Below, piece after piece: positions 20,676 to 30,663 of a stretch of 64,000 bases of DNA; position 1 is the first letter of the stretch, and every line of letters begins with the position of its first letter. The stretch is from an uncultured Acetobacteraceae bacterium (GTDB lineage Bacteria; Pseudomonadota; Alphaproteobacteria; Acetobacterales; Acetobacteraceae): assembly GCA_903918315.1 (NCBI GenBank), contig CAIXEA010000029.1:22777-86776 (forward strand). Reading direction: 5' to 3'. Below the pieces are notes generated by a model. That model worked only from the letters and a program-made list of their open reading frames with translations, was not told the origin of the DNA and searched no databases. Made by a program: the position numbers and the translations under genes.

Positions 20676-21949
20676 GGCCCGCCGTCCGCGACGCCGTCCT
20701 GTCGGCCCTGATCGCGTTGGGCCTATTCGCCCCCATGGTCGGGCTGGTGCTGAGCAATGGCGAGCAAGGTCTCGAACTGCACGGCCGCCCGCTCGCCGCC
20801 GCCGTCGTCGTCGCACTCGTGTTCTTTGGCCGCCTTGGCATGCATCTCTGGACCCATCGACCAGGGCATGAGGCACGGACGATCCGGAAATCGCTGAAAG
20901 TCCCGGCCGGAACCAGCAAATTCCTGGCCCCGGCCTTGCTCGCCGCCGCGGTGCTGCTGCCGCTGACGGGGTCGCGCTACTACGTCGATCTGGGCACGCT
21001 GGTGTTGACCTATGTCATGCTCGGCTGGGGACTCAACATCGTCGTCGGCCTCGCCGGGCTACTCGACCTCGGCTATGTCGCCTTCTATGCCGTCGGCGCC
21101 TATTCCTATGCGCTGCTGGCGGAAACCTTCGGACTGGGCTTCTGGACCTGCCTGCCTTTGGCCGGAATCCTCGCCGCCTTCGCCGGCATCCTGCTGGGCT
21201 TTCCCGTTCTGCGCCTGCGCGGCGACTACCTCGCCATCGTCACCCTGGCCTTTGGGGAGATCATTCGCGTCGTCCTCATCAACTGGGTCGAACTCACCCA
21301 TGGTCCGAACGGCATCACCGACATCCCCCGCCCAACCCTGTTCGGCCTGCGCTTCAGCATGGATGACGGCGACGACACGGTCGCCGGCTTCTTCGGGATC
21401 GAGGCCGAGACCATCCAGCGGGTCATCTTCCTCTATTACGTCATCCTGGCCCTCGCGCTGCTGACCAACTGGGTCACGTTGCGCCTGCGCCGCATGCCGC
21501 TCGGGCGCGCGTGGGAGGCACTGCGCGAAGACGAGATCGCCTGCAAATCGCTGGGCATCAACGTCACCAACACCAAGCTGACCGCCTTCGCCACCGGCGC
21601 CCTGTTCGGCGGTTTCGCCGGCGCCTTCTTCGCGACCCGCCAGGCCTTCATCAGCCCGGAAAGCTTCACCTTCATCGAAAGCGCCACCGTGCTGGCCATC
21701 GTGGTGCTCGGCGGCCTCGGCAGCCAGCTCGGGGTCGCCCTCGCCGCCCTCGTCATGGTCGGCGGACTGGAAATGCTGCGCGATTTGCTGAGCACGATCG
21801 GGGAGCAGATGGGCAGCGAGCTGTTTTCCGGGCTGGCCGGCGAATTGCCAACATACCGGATGCTGATCTTCGGCCTGGCGCTGGTGGTGATGATGGTGCT
21901 TCGCCCGCGCGGCCTGGTGTCCGGCCGCACCCCAACGGCGAGGCTGTGA
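20672..21949 (+). CDS. livM: Branched-chain amino acid ABC permease LivM
   Basis: GLNIVVGLAGLLDLGYVAFY and LRLRGDYLAIVTLAFGEI motifs. Confidence 0.95.
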   Translation: MRPAVRDAVLSALIALGLFAPMVGLVLSNGEQGLELHGRPLAAAVVVALVFFGRLGMHLWTHRPGHEARTIRKSLKVPAGTSKFLAPALLAAAVLLPLTGSRYYVDLGTLVLTYVMLGWGLNIVVGLAGLLDLGYVAFYAVGAYSYALLAETFGLGFWTCLPLAGILAAFAGILLGFPVLRLRGDYLAIVTLAFGEIIRVVLINWVELTHGPNGITDIPRPTLFGLRFSMDDGDDTVAGFFGIEAETIQRVIFLYYVILALALLTNWVTLRLRRMPLGRAWEALREDEIACKSLGINVTNTKLTAFATGALFGGFAGAFFATRQAFISPESFTFIESATVLAIVVLGGLGSQLGVALAALVMVGGLEMLRDLLSTIGEQMGSELFSGLAGELPTYRMLIFGLALVVMMVLRPRGLVSGRTPTARL

Positions 21950-22746
21950 TGCTGACCGTCACCGACCTCACCATGCGTTTCGGTGGCCTCACCGCCGTCG
22001 ATCGGCTGTCGTTTGAGGCCCGGCCGGGGGATATCACCGCCGTCATCGGCCCCAACGGCGCCGGTAAGACAACCGTCTTCAACTGCGTCACCGGGTTTTA
22101 CCGCCCCAGCAGCGGCGGCATCGCGCTGCGTCACGCCGATGGTGCCTCGTTCGAGCTGGCCCGCATGCCGGGCCACCGCATCGCCGCCCGTGCCAAGGTC
22201 GCCCGCACTTTCCAGAACATCCGCCTGTTTGCCGGCATGACGGTGTTGGAAAACCTGCTGGTCGCGCAACACAACACCCTGATGGCCGCGACCGGCTTCG
22301 GGGTGGTGGCGATCCTCGGCCCGGGCCGCTACCGCGCAGCCGAACGCGCGGGGATCGAAAAAGCCCGCCACTGGCTGGATCGCATCGGCCTGACCGATCG
22401 CGCCAACGACCCCGCCGGCGCCTTGCCCTACGGCGCGCAACGCCGCCTCGAAATCGCCCGCGCCATGTGCATCGACCCCGTGCTGCTCTGCCTTGATGAG
22501 CCCGCCGCCGGGCTCAATCCGCGGGAGAGTGAGGAGCTGAACCAGTTGCTGCTCGGCATCCGAGATGGTGGCTGTTCGTTGCTGCTGATCGAGCATGACA
22601 TGGGCGTGGTGATGCGCATTTCCGACCACATCGTGGTGCTGGATCACGGCAAGAAGATCGCCGACGGCACCCCAGGCGAGGTTCGCACTGATCCCGCCGT
22701 GATCGCGGCCTATCTGGGTGAAGGCGACGAGGAGGACGCGGCATGA
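21949..22746 (+). CDS. livG: ABC ATP-binding protein LivG
   Basis: GPNGAGKTT, LDEPAAGLN and EHDM motifs. Confidence 0.93.
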   Translation: MLTVTDLTMRFGGLTAVDRLSFEARPGDITAVIGPNGAGKTTVFNCVTGFYRPSSGGIALRHADGASFELARMPGHRIAARAKVARTFQNIRLFAGMTVLENLLVAQHNTLMAATGFGVVAILGPGRYRAAERAGIEKARHWLDRIGLTDRANDPAGALPYGAQRRLEIARAMCIDPVLLCLDEPAAGLNPRESEELNQLLLGIRDGGCSLLLIEHDMGVVMRISDHIVVLDHGKKIADGTPGEVRTDPAVIAAYLGEGDEEDAA

Positions 22747-23471
22747 CCGCCCCGCTGCTCTCGCTGTCCGGCGTTTCAACCTACTATGGCGCTATCCAGG
22801 CGCTGAAGAATGTGGATCTCCAGGTCCATGAGGGGGAGATCGTCACCCTCATCGGCGCCAACGGGGCGGGTAAATCCACCCTGATGATGACCGTCTGCGG
22901 CAACCCGCGGGCGCGGGCGGGTCAGATCATCTATGACGGACGCGACATCACGCATGAACCCACCCACCTTATTATGCGCCGGCAGATCGCGCAGGCGCCG
23001 GAAGGGCGGCGTATCTTCGGGCGCATGACGGTCTATGAGAACCTGCTGATGGGGGCCGAAACATCCGGCCAGACCAATGTCCCGGCGCTGCTGGATCAGG
23101 TCTGCGACCTGTTCCCCCGGCTGCGGGAGCGTCTGACCCAGCGCGGCGGCACGCTATCGGGGGGTGAACAGCAAATGCTTGCGATTGGCCGGGCGCTGAT
23201 GGCTCGGCCGCGCCTGTTACTGCTGGATGAGCCGTCCTTGGGACTGGCCCCCCTGGTCGTCCGCCAGATTTTCGGGGCCATTCGGACCTTGAACAAAGAG
23301 ACCGGGCTGACGGTGCTGCTGGTGGAGCAAAACGCCTATCAGGCGCTGCGGCTGGCCCATCGCGGCTATGTGCTGGTCAACGGCGCGATCACGATGGCGG
23401 GGACCGGGGTCGAGCTATTGGCGCGCCCTGAGATACGGGCCGCCTACCTCGAGGGCGGTCATTATACGTGA
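22743..23471 (+). CDS. livF: ABC ATP-binding protein LivF
   Basis: GANGAGKST, LSGGEQQM and LDEPSLGLAP motifs. Confidence 0.95.
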   Translation: MTAPLLSLSGVSTYYGAIQALKNVDLQVHEGEIVTLIGANGAGKSTLMMTVCGNPRARAGQIIYDGRDITHEPTHLIMRRQIAQAPEGRRIFGRMTVYENLLMGAETSGQTNVPALLDQVCDLFPRLRERLTQRGGTLSGGEQQMLAIGRALMARPRLLLLDEPSLGLAPLVVRQIFGAIRTLNKETGLTVLLVEQNAYQALRLAHRGYVLVNGAITMAGTGVELLARPEIRAAYLEGGHYT

Positions 23472-23520
23472 TCGCGGGATTCAGACCTTCGGTGAGTCCA
23501 CCTCCGGTCATCCCGCTCTA
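23469..23520 (+). repeat. REP/MITE-like palindromic element, copy 1
   Basis: TGATCGCGGGATTC...TCCACCTCC...ATCCCGCTCTA; begins on the livF TGA stop. Confidence 0.85.
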
Positions 23521-23522
23521 AA

Positions 23523-23553
23523 TCATGATCGGGTCATCGTGACCCAATCATGA
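23523..23553. terminator. 14-bp near-perfect hairpin adjacent to element copy 1
   Basis: TCATGATCGGGTCA-TCG-TGACCCAATCATGA, one mismatch, between convergent livF and GST genes. Confidence 0.5.
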
Positions 23554-23580
23554 CCTATTCTTAATTAGCAACCAAAAATA

Positions 23581-24291
23581 TCAGACTGCGGCAAAGGGTC
23601 CGCGGCCGAACATCTTGTCGAGCGCGGCTGGCGCCGCCTTGTCGAATTGCGTGGTACGGGTGCGGACATCGTCCACCTTGGCCAGCGCCGCCTTGACCGC
23701 CGGGCGGGCGTCGATCTGCTTCACCCAGCGGCTCACATTGGGGAATTTCGCAGCCATCTCGGCCCCCATCAGCATGGGGATGTTACGCAGCCAGGGATAA
23801 GTGGCGATGTCGGCAACACCGTAGTCGCCGGCCAGGTATTCCCGGGTGGCGAGGCGTTGATCAATCACCTCGGTGACACGGACCGCCTGAGTGATGTAGC
23901 GGCTGCGGGAATAGTCGTTCCCAGACGGGGCGAAGCGGATGTAATGCACCATCTGCCCGAACATAGGCCCGACCGTTGACATCTGGGTCATCAGCCACTG
24001 GATCGCCTCATATTTGGCGCCCAATGCCCGCGGCAGCAACTGACCGGTCTTCTCGGCGAGATAGAGCAGAATCGCCCCCGACTCGAAGCAGACATAATCC
24101 TGACCGTCGGGCCCTTCGGAATCGACGATCAACGGGACCTTGGCGTTCGGGTTGAGCGCCTTGAAGTCATCGCTGAACTGTTCGCCCGTGAACACATCGA
24201 GCGGGGCAACAGTATAAGCAAGGCCAAGTTCTTCGAGCGCGATATAGACCTTCACGACGTTCGGACTGCCCATGCCGTAGAGAGTGATCAT
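23581..24291 (-). CDS. Glutathione S-transferase (YfcG/YghU-like)
   Basis: SPNVVK, NPNAKVP, FESGAILLYLAEK and ADIATYPW motifs. Confidence 0.93.
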   Translation of the reverse strand: MITLYGMGSPNVVKVYIALEELGLAYTVAPLDVFTGEQFSDDFKALNPNAKVPLIVDSEGPDGQDYVCFESGAILLYLAEKTGQLLPRALGAKYEAIQWLMTQMSTVGPMFGQMVHYIRFAPSGNDYSRSRYITQAVRVTEVIDQRLATREYLAGDYGVADIATYPWLRNIPMLMGAEMAAKFPNVSRWVKQIDARPAVKAALAKVDDVRTRTTQFDKAAPAALDKMFGRGPFAAV

Positions 24292-24318
24292 TGTTTGTTT
24301 CCTTGAAGGGATTGGCGC

Positions 24319-25212
24319 TTAACGCGTCTTCGGCATGTCGTAACCAGCGTTCTTCTCGACGAACCGCACCATCGTCGAAATATCGGCATTGGCGGAGTCG
24401 GCCATGATCGCGTGCCGGTACATCAGTCGCGCGGTCTGGCAGAGCCACATCGGGACGCCGAGTTCCTCCCCTTGCTCCAGCGCCAGATCGACGTCTTTCA
24501 TCAGAATATGCAGCGCCGCCCCGAAATTGAAATCGCGGGTGAAGATCGAACGCGGAAACACCTTCTCCAACGCGGCATTGTTGCCGGTCCCAACGCTGAT
24601 CGCGGCGTAAAGGGCTTCCGGATCGACGCCACCCTTGGTGCCCATGACGAAGGCTTCGGATGACGCCACGAGGTTGATCGCGAACAGGATATTATTAGTC
24701 AGTTTCATGACCTGCGCCGCGCCCACCTTGTCGCCGGCGATGGTCAGCGTCGGCCCCCAGAGGGACAGCAACGGACGCACCGCCGCCACCGCGGCCGGAT
24801 CACCCGAAACCATCACCGACAATGTCCCCGCCCAGGCACCCGATGGCCCGCCGGAGATCGGGGCATCGACGATCGCCACGCCCTTGGCGTTCATGGCAAC
24901 CTCAACCTCACGCAGGAATTTGGCGCCGACGGTGCAGGTATTGACCAGGATTTTCATCCTGGTGCCTTGCAACAGGCCGTTGTCACCGAACACCACGGCG
25001 CGGAACGCGTTCAATGTCGGCAATGAGACGAACACGATCTCACAGCTGTCCGCGAGCGCCTTCGGGGTCGTGGCCTGGCGCGCCTGCCGATCCAGCAAGG
25101 GCTGCATGGCGGCCGGGTTCGTGTCGAGGATCGTCAGATTATGCCCGCCATCGAGCAATTTGCTGGCCATCGGCTGCCCCATACTGCCGACGCCAAGATA
25201 TCCTGCTTCCAT
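24319..25212 (-). CDS. NAD(P)-dependent beta-hydroxyacid dehydrogenase (3-hydroxyisobutyrate DH family)
   Basis: GYLGVGSMGQPMA, DAPISGG and KLTNN motifs. Confidence 0.92.
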   Translation of the reverse strand: MEAGYLGVGSMGQPMASKLLDGGHNLTILDTNPAAMQPLLDRQARQATTPKALADSCEIVFVSLPTLNAFRAVVFGDNGLLQGTRMKILVNTCTVGAKFLREVEVAMNAKGVAIVDAPISGGPSGAWAGTLSVMVSGDPAAVAAVRPLLSLWGPTLTIAGDKVGAAQVMKLTNNILFAINLVASSEAFVMGTKGGVDPEALYAAISVGTGNNAALEKVFPRSIFTRDFNFGAALHILMKDVDLALEQGEELGVPMWLCQTARLMYRHAIMADSANADISTMVRFVEKNAGYDMPKTR

Positions 25213-25395
25213 ATCCGTCCTCCTCCGACGCTGCGTGTGGGTCTGAGATGCCACGACATCACCCTTGCATGCAAAACCCAGCATGCGGACGGTACCGGCG
25301 GCAAGCGGTTCGGTTCCGGCCTTGTTGTCCGGCGCCGCGTGGCCTACCGAAGACCTCTGTTGGCGCCACACCGTCCCGATTGGACTCGAATCCCC

Positions 25396-26412
25396 ATGCG
25401 AAGCGTGTTTTTGACGTTGGTCCTGATGCTGGCCGCGTTCCCCGGCCATACGTCTGAGCCGACCAGGATCACGATTGTGCAAGGCAGTCTCGGATTCAAT
25501 TTCGTGCCGCTCGCGGTGGCCCGCGCCGAAGGGTATTTTGAGCAGGAAGGCCTGCAGGTTGAGGTCGTACTGACCGGCGCCGGCCCGAAAGCGATGACCG
25601 CGTTGCTCGGCGGTGGTGGGGCATTCAGCGCCTCGGTGCTGTTGGATGGGATCATGGCGCATCGCAAGGGTCTGGACGATGTGCGCGCCATCGCGACATT
25701 GTCGCACTTCTATAATGCCATGGTCATCCGCAAGGAGGTCGCGTCAGATCTGGGTATCTCTCTTGATCTGCCGTTGAAAGAGCGTGTGACCCGCATGAAG
25801 GGCATGCGGATCGGGGTGACGACGCCCGGAGCGAGTTCCGACCTCGCGATCCGCTATCTCGCGCTCAGCAATGGCCTGTCCCCGGACCGTGATCTCCAGA
25901 TCGTACCGCTGGGCGGCGTGGCCCCCATGATCGCTGGCATGCAGGCCCGCCAGGTCGATGGTTGCGCTTGTATTCCGGGCGTGGACGTCGTGCTCAAGCA
26001 CCAGGGCCTCGCGATAGACCTGATGCGGCCCGGGGAACTGGCCGATCTGGACGGGATCACGAACGGGACGTTGTATACGCTTGCATCTTATGCCGCCGCC
26101 CATCCAGACGTGGTTCAGGCCGTCGCGCGCGGCGTGACGAGGGCGACGATGCTGATCGCCCGCGACCCAATCCGGGCGAAAAACGACACCCGCCCGACCA
26201 TGAAAGAGATGGACGACGCGACCTTCGAGCAGGCATGGAAAACCTATCTGCCGTATCTGCCGAAAGACCCGGACATCACCGAAAGCGATTTCAACCGGGA
26301 GATGGCGTTCGAGAAGCTGGCTTTGCCTCCGAACGTGTTCAAGCCGGTCAACTATGATGCGATCGTGGATGCCAGCTATGTCCGCGCGGCGGCGAAAGCG
26401 CTCGTGCCGTAG
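25396..26412 (+). CDS. NitT/TauT (SsuA/THI5-like) ABC substrate-binding protein, orphan
   Basis: Signal peptide; GYFEQEGLQVE and KGMRIGVTTPGASSD motifs. Confidence 0.88.
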   Translation: MRSVFLTLVLMLAAFPGHTSEPTRITIVQGSLGFNFVPLAVARAEGYFEQEGLQVEVVLTGAGPKAMTALLGGGGAFSASVLLDGIMAHRKGLDDVRAIATLSHFYNAMVIRKEVASDLGISLDLPLKERVTRMKGMRIGVTTPGASSDLAIRYLALSNGLSPDRDLQIVPLGGVAPMIAGMQARQVDGCACIPGVDVVLKHQGLAIDLMRPGELADLDGITNGTLYTLASYAAAHPDVVQAVARGVTRATMLIARDPIRAKNDTRPTMKEMDDATFEQAWKTYLPYLPKDPDITESDFNREMAFEKLALPPNVFKPVNYDAIVDASYVRAAAKALVP

Positions 26413-26466
26413 CGCGTTCCAGCGGCATGGCACACGATGATCAGCCGTCGGCAGGTCGTTCGAGCA

Positions 26467-26573
26467 TAATCGCGGGATTCAGACCTTCGGTGATTCCACC
26501 TCCAGTCATCCCGCTGTTGCCTGATCGCGGGATTCAGACCTTCGGTGATTCCACCTCCGGTCATCCCGCTCTA
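26467..26573 (+). repeat. REP/MITE-like element, tandem copies 2 and 3 (55-bp period)
   Basis: 26467-26515 and 26522-26573 nearly identical to copy 1; the terminal CTA is the TAG stop of the convergent gene. Confidence 0.88.
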
Positions 26574-27356
26574 ATCGGCCGCGGCGGCAATCTGGCCCAA
26601 CCGGGATTCCGCGGCATAGCGGCGGACGGCGTCGCCAAACTCCTCAAACATGCGGCGGGAAATGCTGTCCGTCGGCCAGTCATATTCAGGATGCCACTGA
26701 ACGCCTACGGCATAGCGCGTGGCCGGCGTGACGACGCGCACGGCTTCGATCGTGCCATCCGGCGCGACACCCTCGATCGCCAGGCCAGGAGCGAGACGAT
26801 CGATGCCTTGGTTATGAAGGGAATTGACCGCGATCTCGGACGCGCCGGCGAGCCTGTGCAACCAGCCGCCGGGGGTCACTCGGATACTATGGGCCTTGCC
26901 CTGCCGTACCTTGGCCGAGGGCTGCATCGGGGTGGAGTGATCCAGGCGTCCCGGCACATCCTGCAGCCTTTGGTGCAGCGATCCGCCCATGGCGACATTC
27001 AATTCCTGGAACCCGCGGCAAATCGCCAGAACCGGCACCCCACGTGCGACCGCGGCGCGGATGAGCGGGAGGGTCAACCCATCGCGCGCGGGGTCTTCCC
27101 AGGTCCCTTCCGCATGCGGCGGACCGTCATATTGGGTCGGATGCACATTGGATCGACTGCCGGTCAGGATGATGCCATCGAGGCGGTCGAGCAGTGTCTC
27201 GACATCAGCCGTTGGTCCATTGGCTGGCAGCAGCACGGGCACACCGCCGACGACAAGATCGGTCGCCCGCACATAGGTGTCCGACGCGGCGTGGTTCGGC
27301 ATTCCGAAGACGCCGAACTGCTTGGTGCAGCAACTGATACCGACAAGAGGTTTCAT
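26571..27356 (-). CDS. Gamma-glutamyl-gamma-aminobutyrate hydrolase family (peptidase C26, PuuD-like)
   Basis: LTGSRSNVHP, LAICRGFQELNV, VNSLHNQG and GVQWHPE motifs. Confidence 0.92.
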   Translation of the reverse strand: MKPLVGISCCTKQFGVFGMPNHAASDTYVRATDLVVGGVPVLLPANGPTADVETLLDRLDGIILTGSRSNVHPTQYDGPPHAEGTWEDPARDGLTLPLIRAAVARGVPVLAICRGFQELNVAMGGSLHQRLQDVPGRLDHSTPMQPSAKVRQGKAHSIRVTPGGWLHRLAGASEIAVNSLHNQGIDRLAPGLAIEGVAPDGTIEAVRVVTPATRYAVGVQWHPEYDWPTDSISRRMFEEFGDAVRRYAAESRLGQIAAAAD

Positions 27357-27456
27357 AAACCTGAGATTCTCATGCTTTACGCATGATCCCCGATTCGAAT
27401 GGCAAAATGAAGACAAATCGTGTGATTGCGCGCCGCGTAACCGTCATAGCTGGGGC

Positions 27457-28095
27457 CTATCCCCCGCCCGTCGAATCACCCGGCATCGCCGAGGGTTCGA
27501 AGAGTTTGGCATCGAAGCTCCCGCCTAGCTGGGCGTTGAACAGCGTCACCTTGGTTTCCTTGCGCTGGGCATCCAGCACCGTCCACTGCCGCAGAGTCAG
27601 CGGTACGTCGGCGAAGACCAGGGTCAGCGTGCCCTCCCCCGGTTCGGCGGTGCGAACCAGGCTCACGTCGATTTCCCCTGGCAGGCGCTTGATGTCTGTC
27701 ACCGTGACGTCGCCCGACAGCGAGACCTTGGTGGCGAGCAGCATCCCAAGCGGCGTACGGCTGAGCGGCACGCGGCTGGTCTGGCGGATGGACGAATCCT
27801 GAAACACCAGCTCCCCATGCGAAGCGACCAACAGGAAGGGCGCGGGTGGACTATACTGAAACCGCATCCGGCCGGGGCGGGCGAGCCAGGCGTCGCCCTC
27901 ACTGACCCCGCCATCGGGCGCGACCTGCAGGAAGCGCGCCTTCAGCGCCGTCAGGCCATTCAAATACGTTTCAATTCGCGTCAGATCGGCGCGATCCTGC
28001 GCGGTTGGCTGAAACGCGGGTTCAGCCCGAACTTCCCCTGGCGCCATGAGGGGCGCCATCAGGCACAGGGTCGTCAGAAGGGTGCGTCGGAACAT
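27457..28095 (-). CDS. lolA: Outer-membrane lipoprotein carrier LolA
   Basis: ARFLQ...RPGRMRFQY, PLSRTPLGMLL and LRQWTVLDAQ motifs. Confidence 0.9.
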   Translation of the reverse strand: MFRRTLLTTLCLMAPLMAPGEVRAEPAFQPTAQDRADLTRIETYLNGLTALKARFLQVAPDGGVSEGDAWLARPGRMRFQYSPPAPFLLVASHGELVFQDSSIRQTSRVPLSRTPLGMLLATKVSLSGDVTVTDIKRLPGEIDVSLVRTAEPGEGTLTLVFADVPLTLRQWTVLDAQRKETKVTLFNAQLGGSFDAKLFEPSAMPGDSTGGG

Positions 28096-28134
28096 AGCGG
28101 GGATGTGGTCTTTCCAGATGGGATTTGCAAACCC

Positions 28135-29352
28135 CTATTCCGCAGCCACCGGCAGGGCTTCCGCCCAGAGCTCGGGGGCCAGCTCCTCCTTCCGATCAGG
28201 GAAGAACAGCGCGCAGGCCAGCGTCACCACCGAGAAGGCCGCCAAAACCAGCGTAACGGCGGTCAGATTGCCAGTGCGCTCATGCAGGAAGCTAACCACC
28301 GGTGCCGAGGCGGCCGCGCCGAGGAAACCCACAAAAAAGCGAACCGAGTAGATGCGGGCCCGCAGCTCCGGTGAGATGTAGCGAGCCGCCATCGTCTCGT
28401 TCACCGTCACCTGCCCGAAGATGGACGCCGCGACCGCACCCGCCAGCGGCAGCACCAGCCAGCCTTGCGCCACCGACAGCGCCGCCATCGCTGGTGCCAG
28501 GACCATGCTGATCGGCAGGAACACCCGCTTGAGCGTGTGCTTGTCGATCAGCCGACCGACCGTGAATTGGGTCAAGGCCCCGCAGAGGGTGGCGAGAAAG
28601 GCCAGCGCGCCGACAACCGGCAACAGATTGGGCGTGTCGGCCAGCCGCTCCTGCATCAGCTTGGGCAGCAGCAGCGTGAAGGCATTGAACACCAGACCGG
28701 AACTCGCGGCGATCAGCATCAGCACCAGCACCGCCCGCCGCACCAGGGCGCGGGGAATGGTCGGAAACGGCCTCGCACCGCGATGCGCGGGCCCACCCAC
28801 GATCGGGGTCCGCACCCACAGCAGGCCCACCACCGTGCACAGAAGCCCCGGCACCAAAAAGGCGGCGCGCCAGCTGAACTGCGCCGCCATGAACGCCGTC
28901 ACCACCGGTGCCAACGCCACCCCGATATTGCCGAACACGCCGTTGACCCCGATCGAACGCCCGGGCTTATCGCCCGCTGCCTCCACCAGCATGGTGGTGC
29001 CGATCGGATGGTAGATCGCGGTGAAGACCCCCACCCCGCCGAGCGTCGCGGCCAGGATCCAGGGACCGGGCGCAAAGGCGGAGGCGATCAGACACAGACC
29101 CGTCCCCAGGAAAAAGGCCGTCATCAGCGGTTTGCGGCCGACGCGCTGCGCCAGCCAGCCCTGCGGCAGTGACAACAGGCCGTAGAGCACGAACATGCCC
29201 GTCGCCAACGCCAGGATGGGACCGTAAGCCTCCCCGAACAGCCCGCCCGGTGCGGCCATGGCCAGCACCGCCGTCGGCAGGATCAGCAAGCTGTAATGGG
29301 TAAATGTATGGGCGGTATTGATGAACACGATCTGACGAGCGGCGGGAGTCAT
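28135..29352 (-). CDS. MFS transporter
   Basis: ~405 aa, multiple TM segments, GWLAQRVGRK loop motif, AIYHPIG. Confidence 0.92.
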   Translation of the reverse strand: MTPAARQIVFINTAHTFTHYSLLILPTAVLAMAAPGGLFGEAYGPILALATGMFVLYGLLSLPQGWLAQRVGRKPLMTAFFLGTGLCLIASAFAPGPWILAATLGGVGVFTAIYHPIGTTMLVEAAGDKPGRSIGVNGVFGNIGVALAPVVTAFMAAQFSWRAAFLVPGLLCTVVGLLWVRTPIVGGPAHRGARPFPTIPRALVRRAVLVLMLIAASSGLVFNAFTLLLPKLMQERLADTPNLLPVVGALAFLATLCGALTQFTVGRLIDKHTLKRVFLPISMVLAPAMAALSVAQGWLVLPLAGAVAASIFGQVTVNETMAARYISPELRARIYSVRFFVGFLGAAASAPVVSFLHERTGNLTAVTLVLAAFSVVTLACALFFPDRKEELAPELWAEALPVAAE

Positions 29353-29437
29353 TGAGTGGGTCCCTTGAGACGGCCGAAACGCGGCAGCTTCGTCCGTGCG
29401 AGGACGAACTGCAAGTCCGGCGCATTTTTCGCCCCGC

Positions 29438-29470
29438 GTTAACCGTTTCTTCACTCTTTCGCGCGAACAT
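29438..29470 (+). promoter_or_regulatory. CtrA-type promoter motif (TTAA-N7-TTCA)
   Basis: GTTAACCGTTTCTTCACTCTTTCGCGCGAACAT, ending 30 nt before the DUF2336 start. Confidence 0.6.
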
Positions 29471-29500
29471 GGGGCCGAAACCGGATCCAGGTGAGCCCGC

Positions 29501-30604
29501 ATGTCTTCCACGCTTTCCCATGCTGACGTGGCGCGACTGATCTCCGAACCGTCCTCCGCCTCCCGGGTGGTGCTGGCCGGTAAGCTGGGGCCAGAGCTCG
29601 ACAGTCCGCGTCTGACCACCCGCGAACTGGATCTGGCGCAGGACATTGTCCGCATCCTCGCCAAAGATGTCGAGGAAACGGTCCGCACCACGCTCGCGGC
29701 CAGCGTTCGTGCGTCCCGCAATCTGCCGCATGACGTCGCATTGCGGATCGCGTCGGATATCGAAGCGGTGGCGCTACCGGTCCTTGCGGCATCGCCCGTG
29801 TTGACGGACGCGGACCTGATGGCGTTCGTACGGGATGGTTCGGCGGCAAGGCAGCTCGCCATAGCCCAACGTCCGGTGGTGGCGGAGCCGGTGTCCGACG
29901 CTCTGGTCACCCATGCGGGGGAGGATGCCGTCGCCGCGCTTCTGGCCAATCCCGGCGCGATCATCGGTGAACCCGCGCTGGATCGCGCGGTCGATCGCTT
30001 TTCGGCCAGCGAGGCGGTCAAGGGTGCGATGGTGCGACGCGAAACGCTCCCCGCCGCGGTGGCGGAGCGGCTGGTGACGCTGGTTTCCATGCAACTGCGT
30101 GATCATCTGGTACGGCATCATGCTTTACCCGCGGCGGCGGCGGCCGACATCGTGATGCGCGGGCGGGAGCAGGCGGTGATCCGCCTCAGTGCCGGCGCTG
30201 GGGACGGCGACCTGGCGGCCATGATCAGCCAGATTTACCGCGGCGGACGCCTGAGCCCATCCTTGGTGCTGCGATCGCTCTGCACCGGCGATATCGGGTT
30301 TTTCGAGGCAGCGATGGCCGAACTGAGCGGTGTCCGGGTGGAGAACGTCCAAATCCTGCTTCGGGATGCGGGGCCCCATGGCCTGGTTTCGTTGTACCGG
30401 CGAACGGGGCTACCAGATCGGATGTTCGCGGCGGTGCGGGCAACGATGGATGTGGTCCAGGAAACCGGCTTCAATGGGGAGGCCAGGGAACTGGAACGCT
30501 ACCGCGCGAAAGTCATCGCCCGGGTGCTGACGCAGGTGCGGACCTTCGACGCCGCCGATGCGGACTATCTGGTCGATCGACTGGGCGACGCCCTGGCGGC
30601 GTAG
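29501..30604 (+). CDS. DUF2336 domain protein (SpbR-like family)
   Basis: LPHDVALRIASDIEAVALPVLAASPVLTDADL and AIAQRPVVAEPVSDALV motifs. Confidence 0.9.
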   Translation: MSSTLSHADVARLISEPSSASRVVLAGKLGPELDSPRLTTRELDLAQDIVRILAKDVEETVRTTLAASVRASRNLPHDVALRIASDIEAVALPVLAASPVLTDADLMAFVRDGSAARQLAIAQRPVVAEPVSDALVTHAGEDAVAALLANPGAIIGEPALDRAVDRFSASEAVKGAMVRRETLPAAVAERLVTLVSMQLRDHLVRHHALPAAAAADIVMRGREQAVIRLSAGAGDGDLAAMISQIYRGGRLSPSLVLRSLCTGDIGFFEAAMAELSGVRVENVQILLRDAGPHGLVSLYRRTGLPDRMFAAVRATMDVVQETGFNGEARELERYRAKVIARVLTQVRTFDAADADYLVDRLGDALAA

Positions 30605-30653
30605 AGCGTGATCGGCGGAGGTGGAATCACCGGAGCCGTGAATCACGCGATCA
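30602..30653 (-). repeat. REP/MITE-like element, copy 4 (diverged, compensatory stem changes)
   Basis: TAGAGCGTGAT...GGAGGTGGAATCACCG...AATCACGCGATCA; starts on the DUF2336 TAG stop. Confidence 0.8.
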
Positions 30654-30663
30654 AACAATCACG

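Noticed and set aside
26467-26573. Possible CRISPR array
   Set aside because: Only two ~50-bp units with a few nt between them, no spacers and no cas genes; it belongs to the dispersed repeat family
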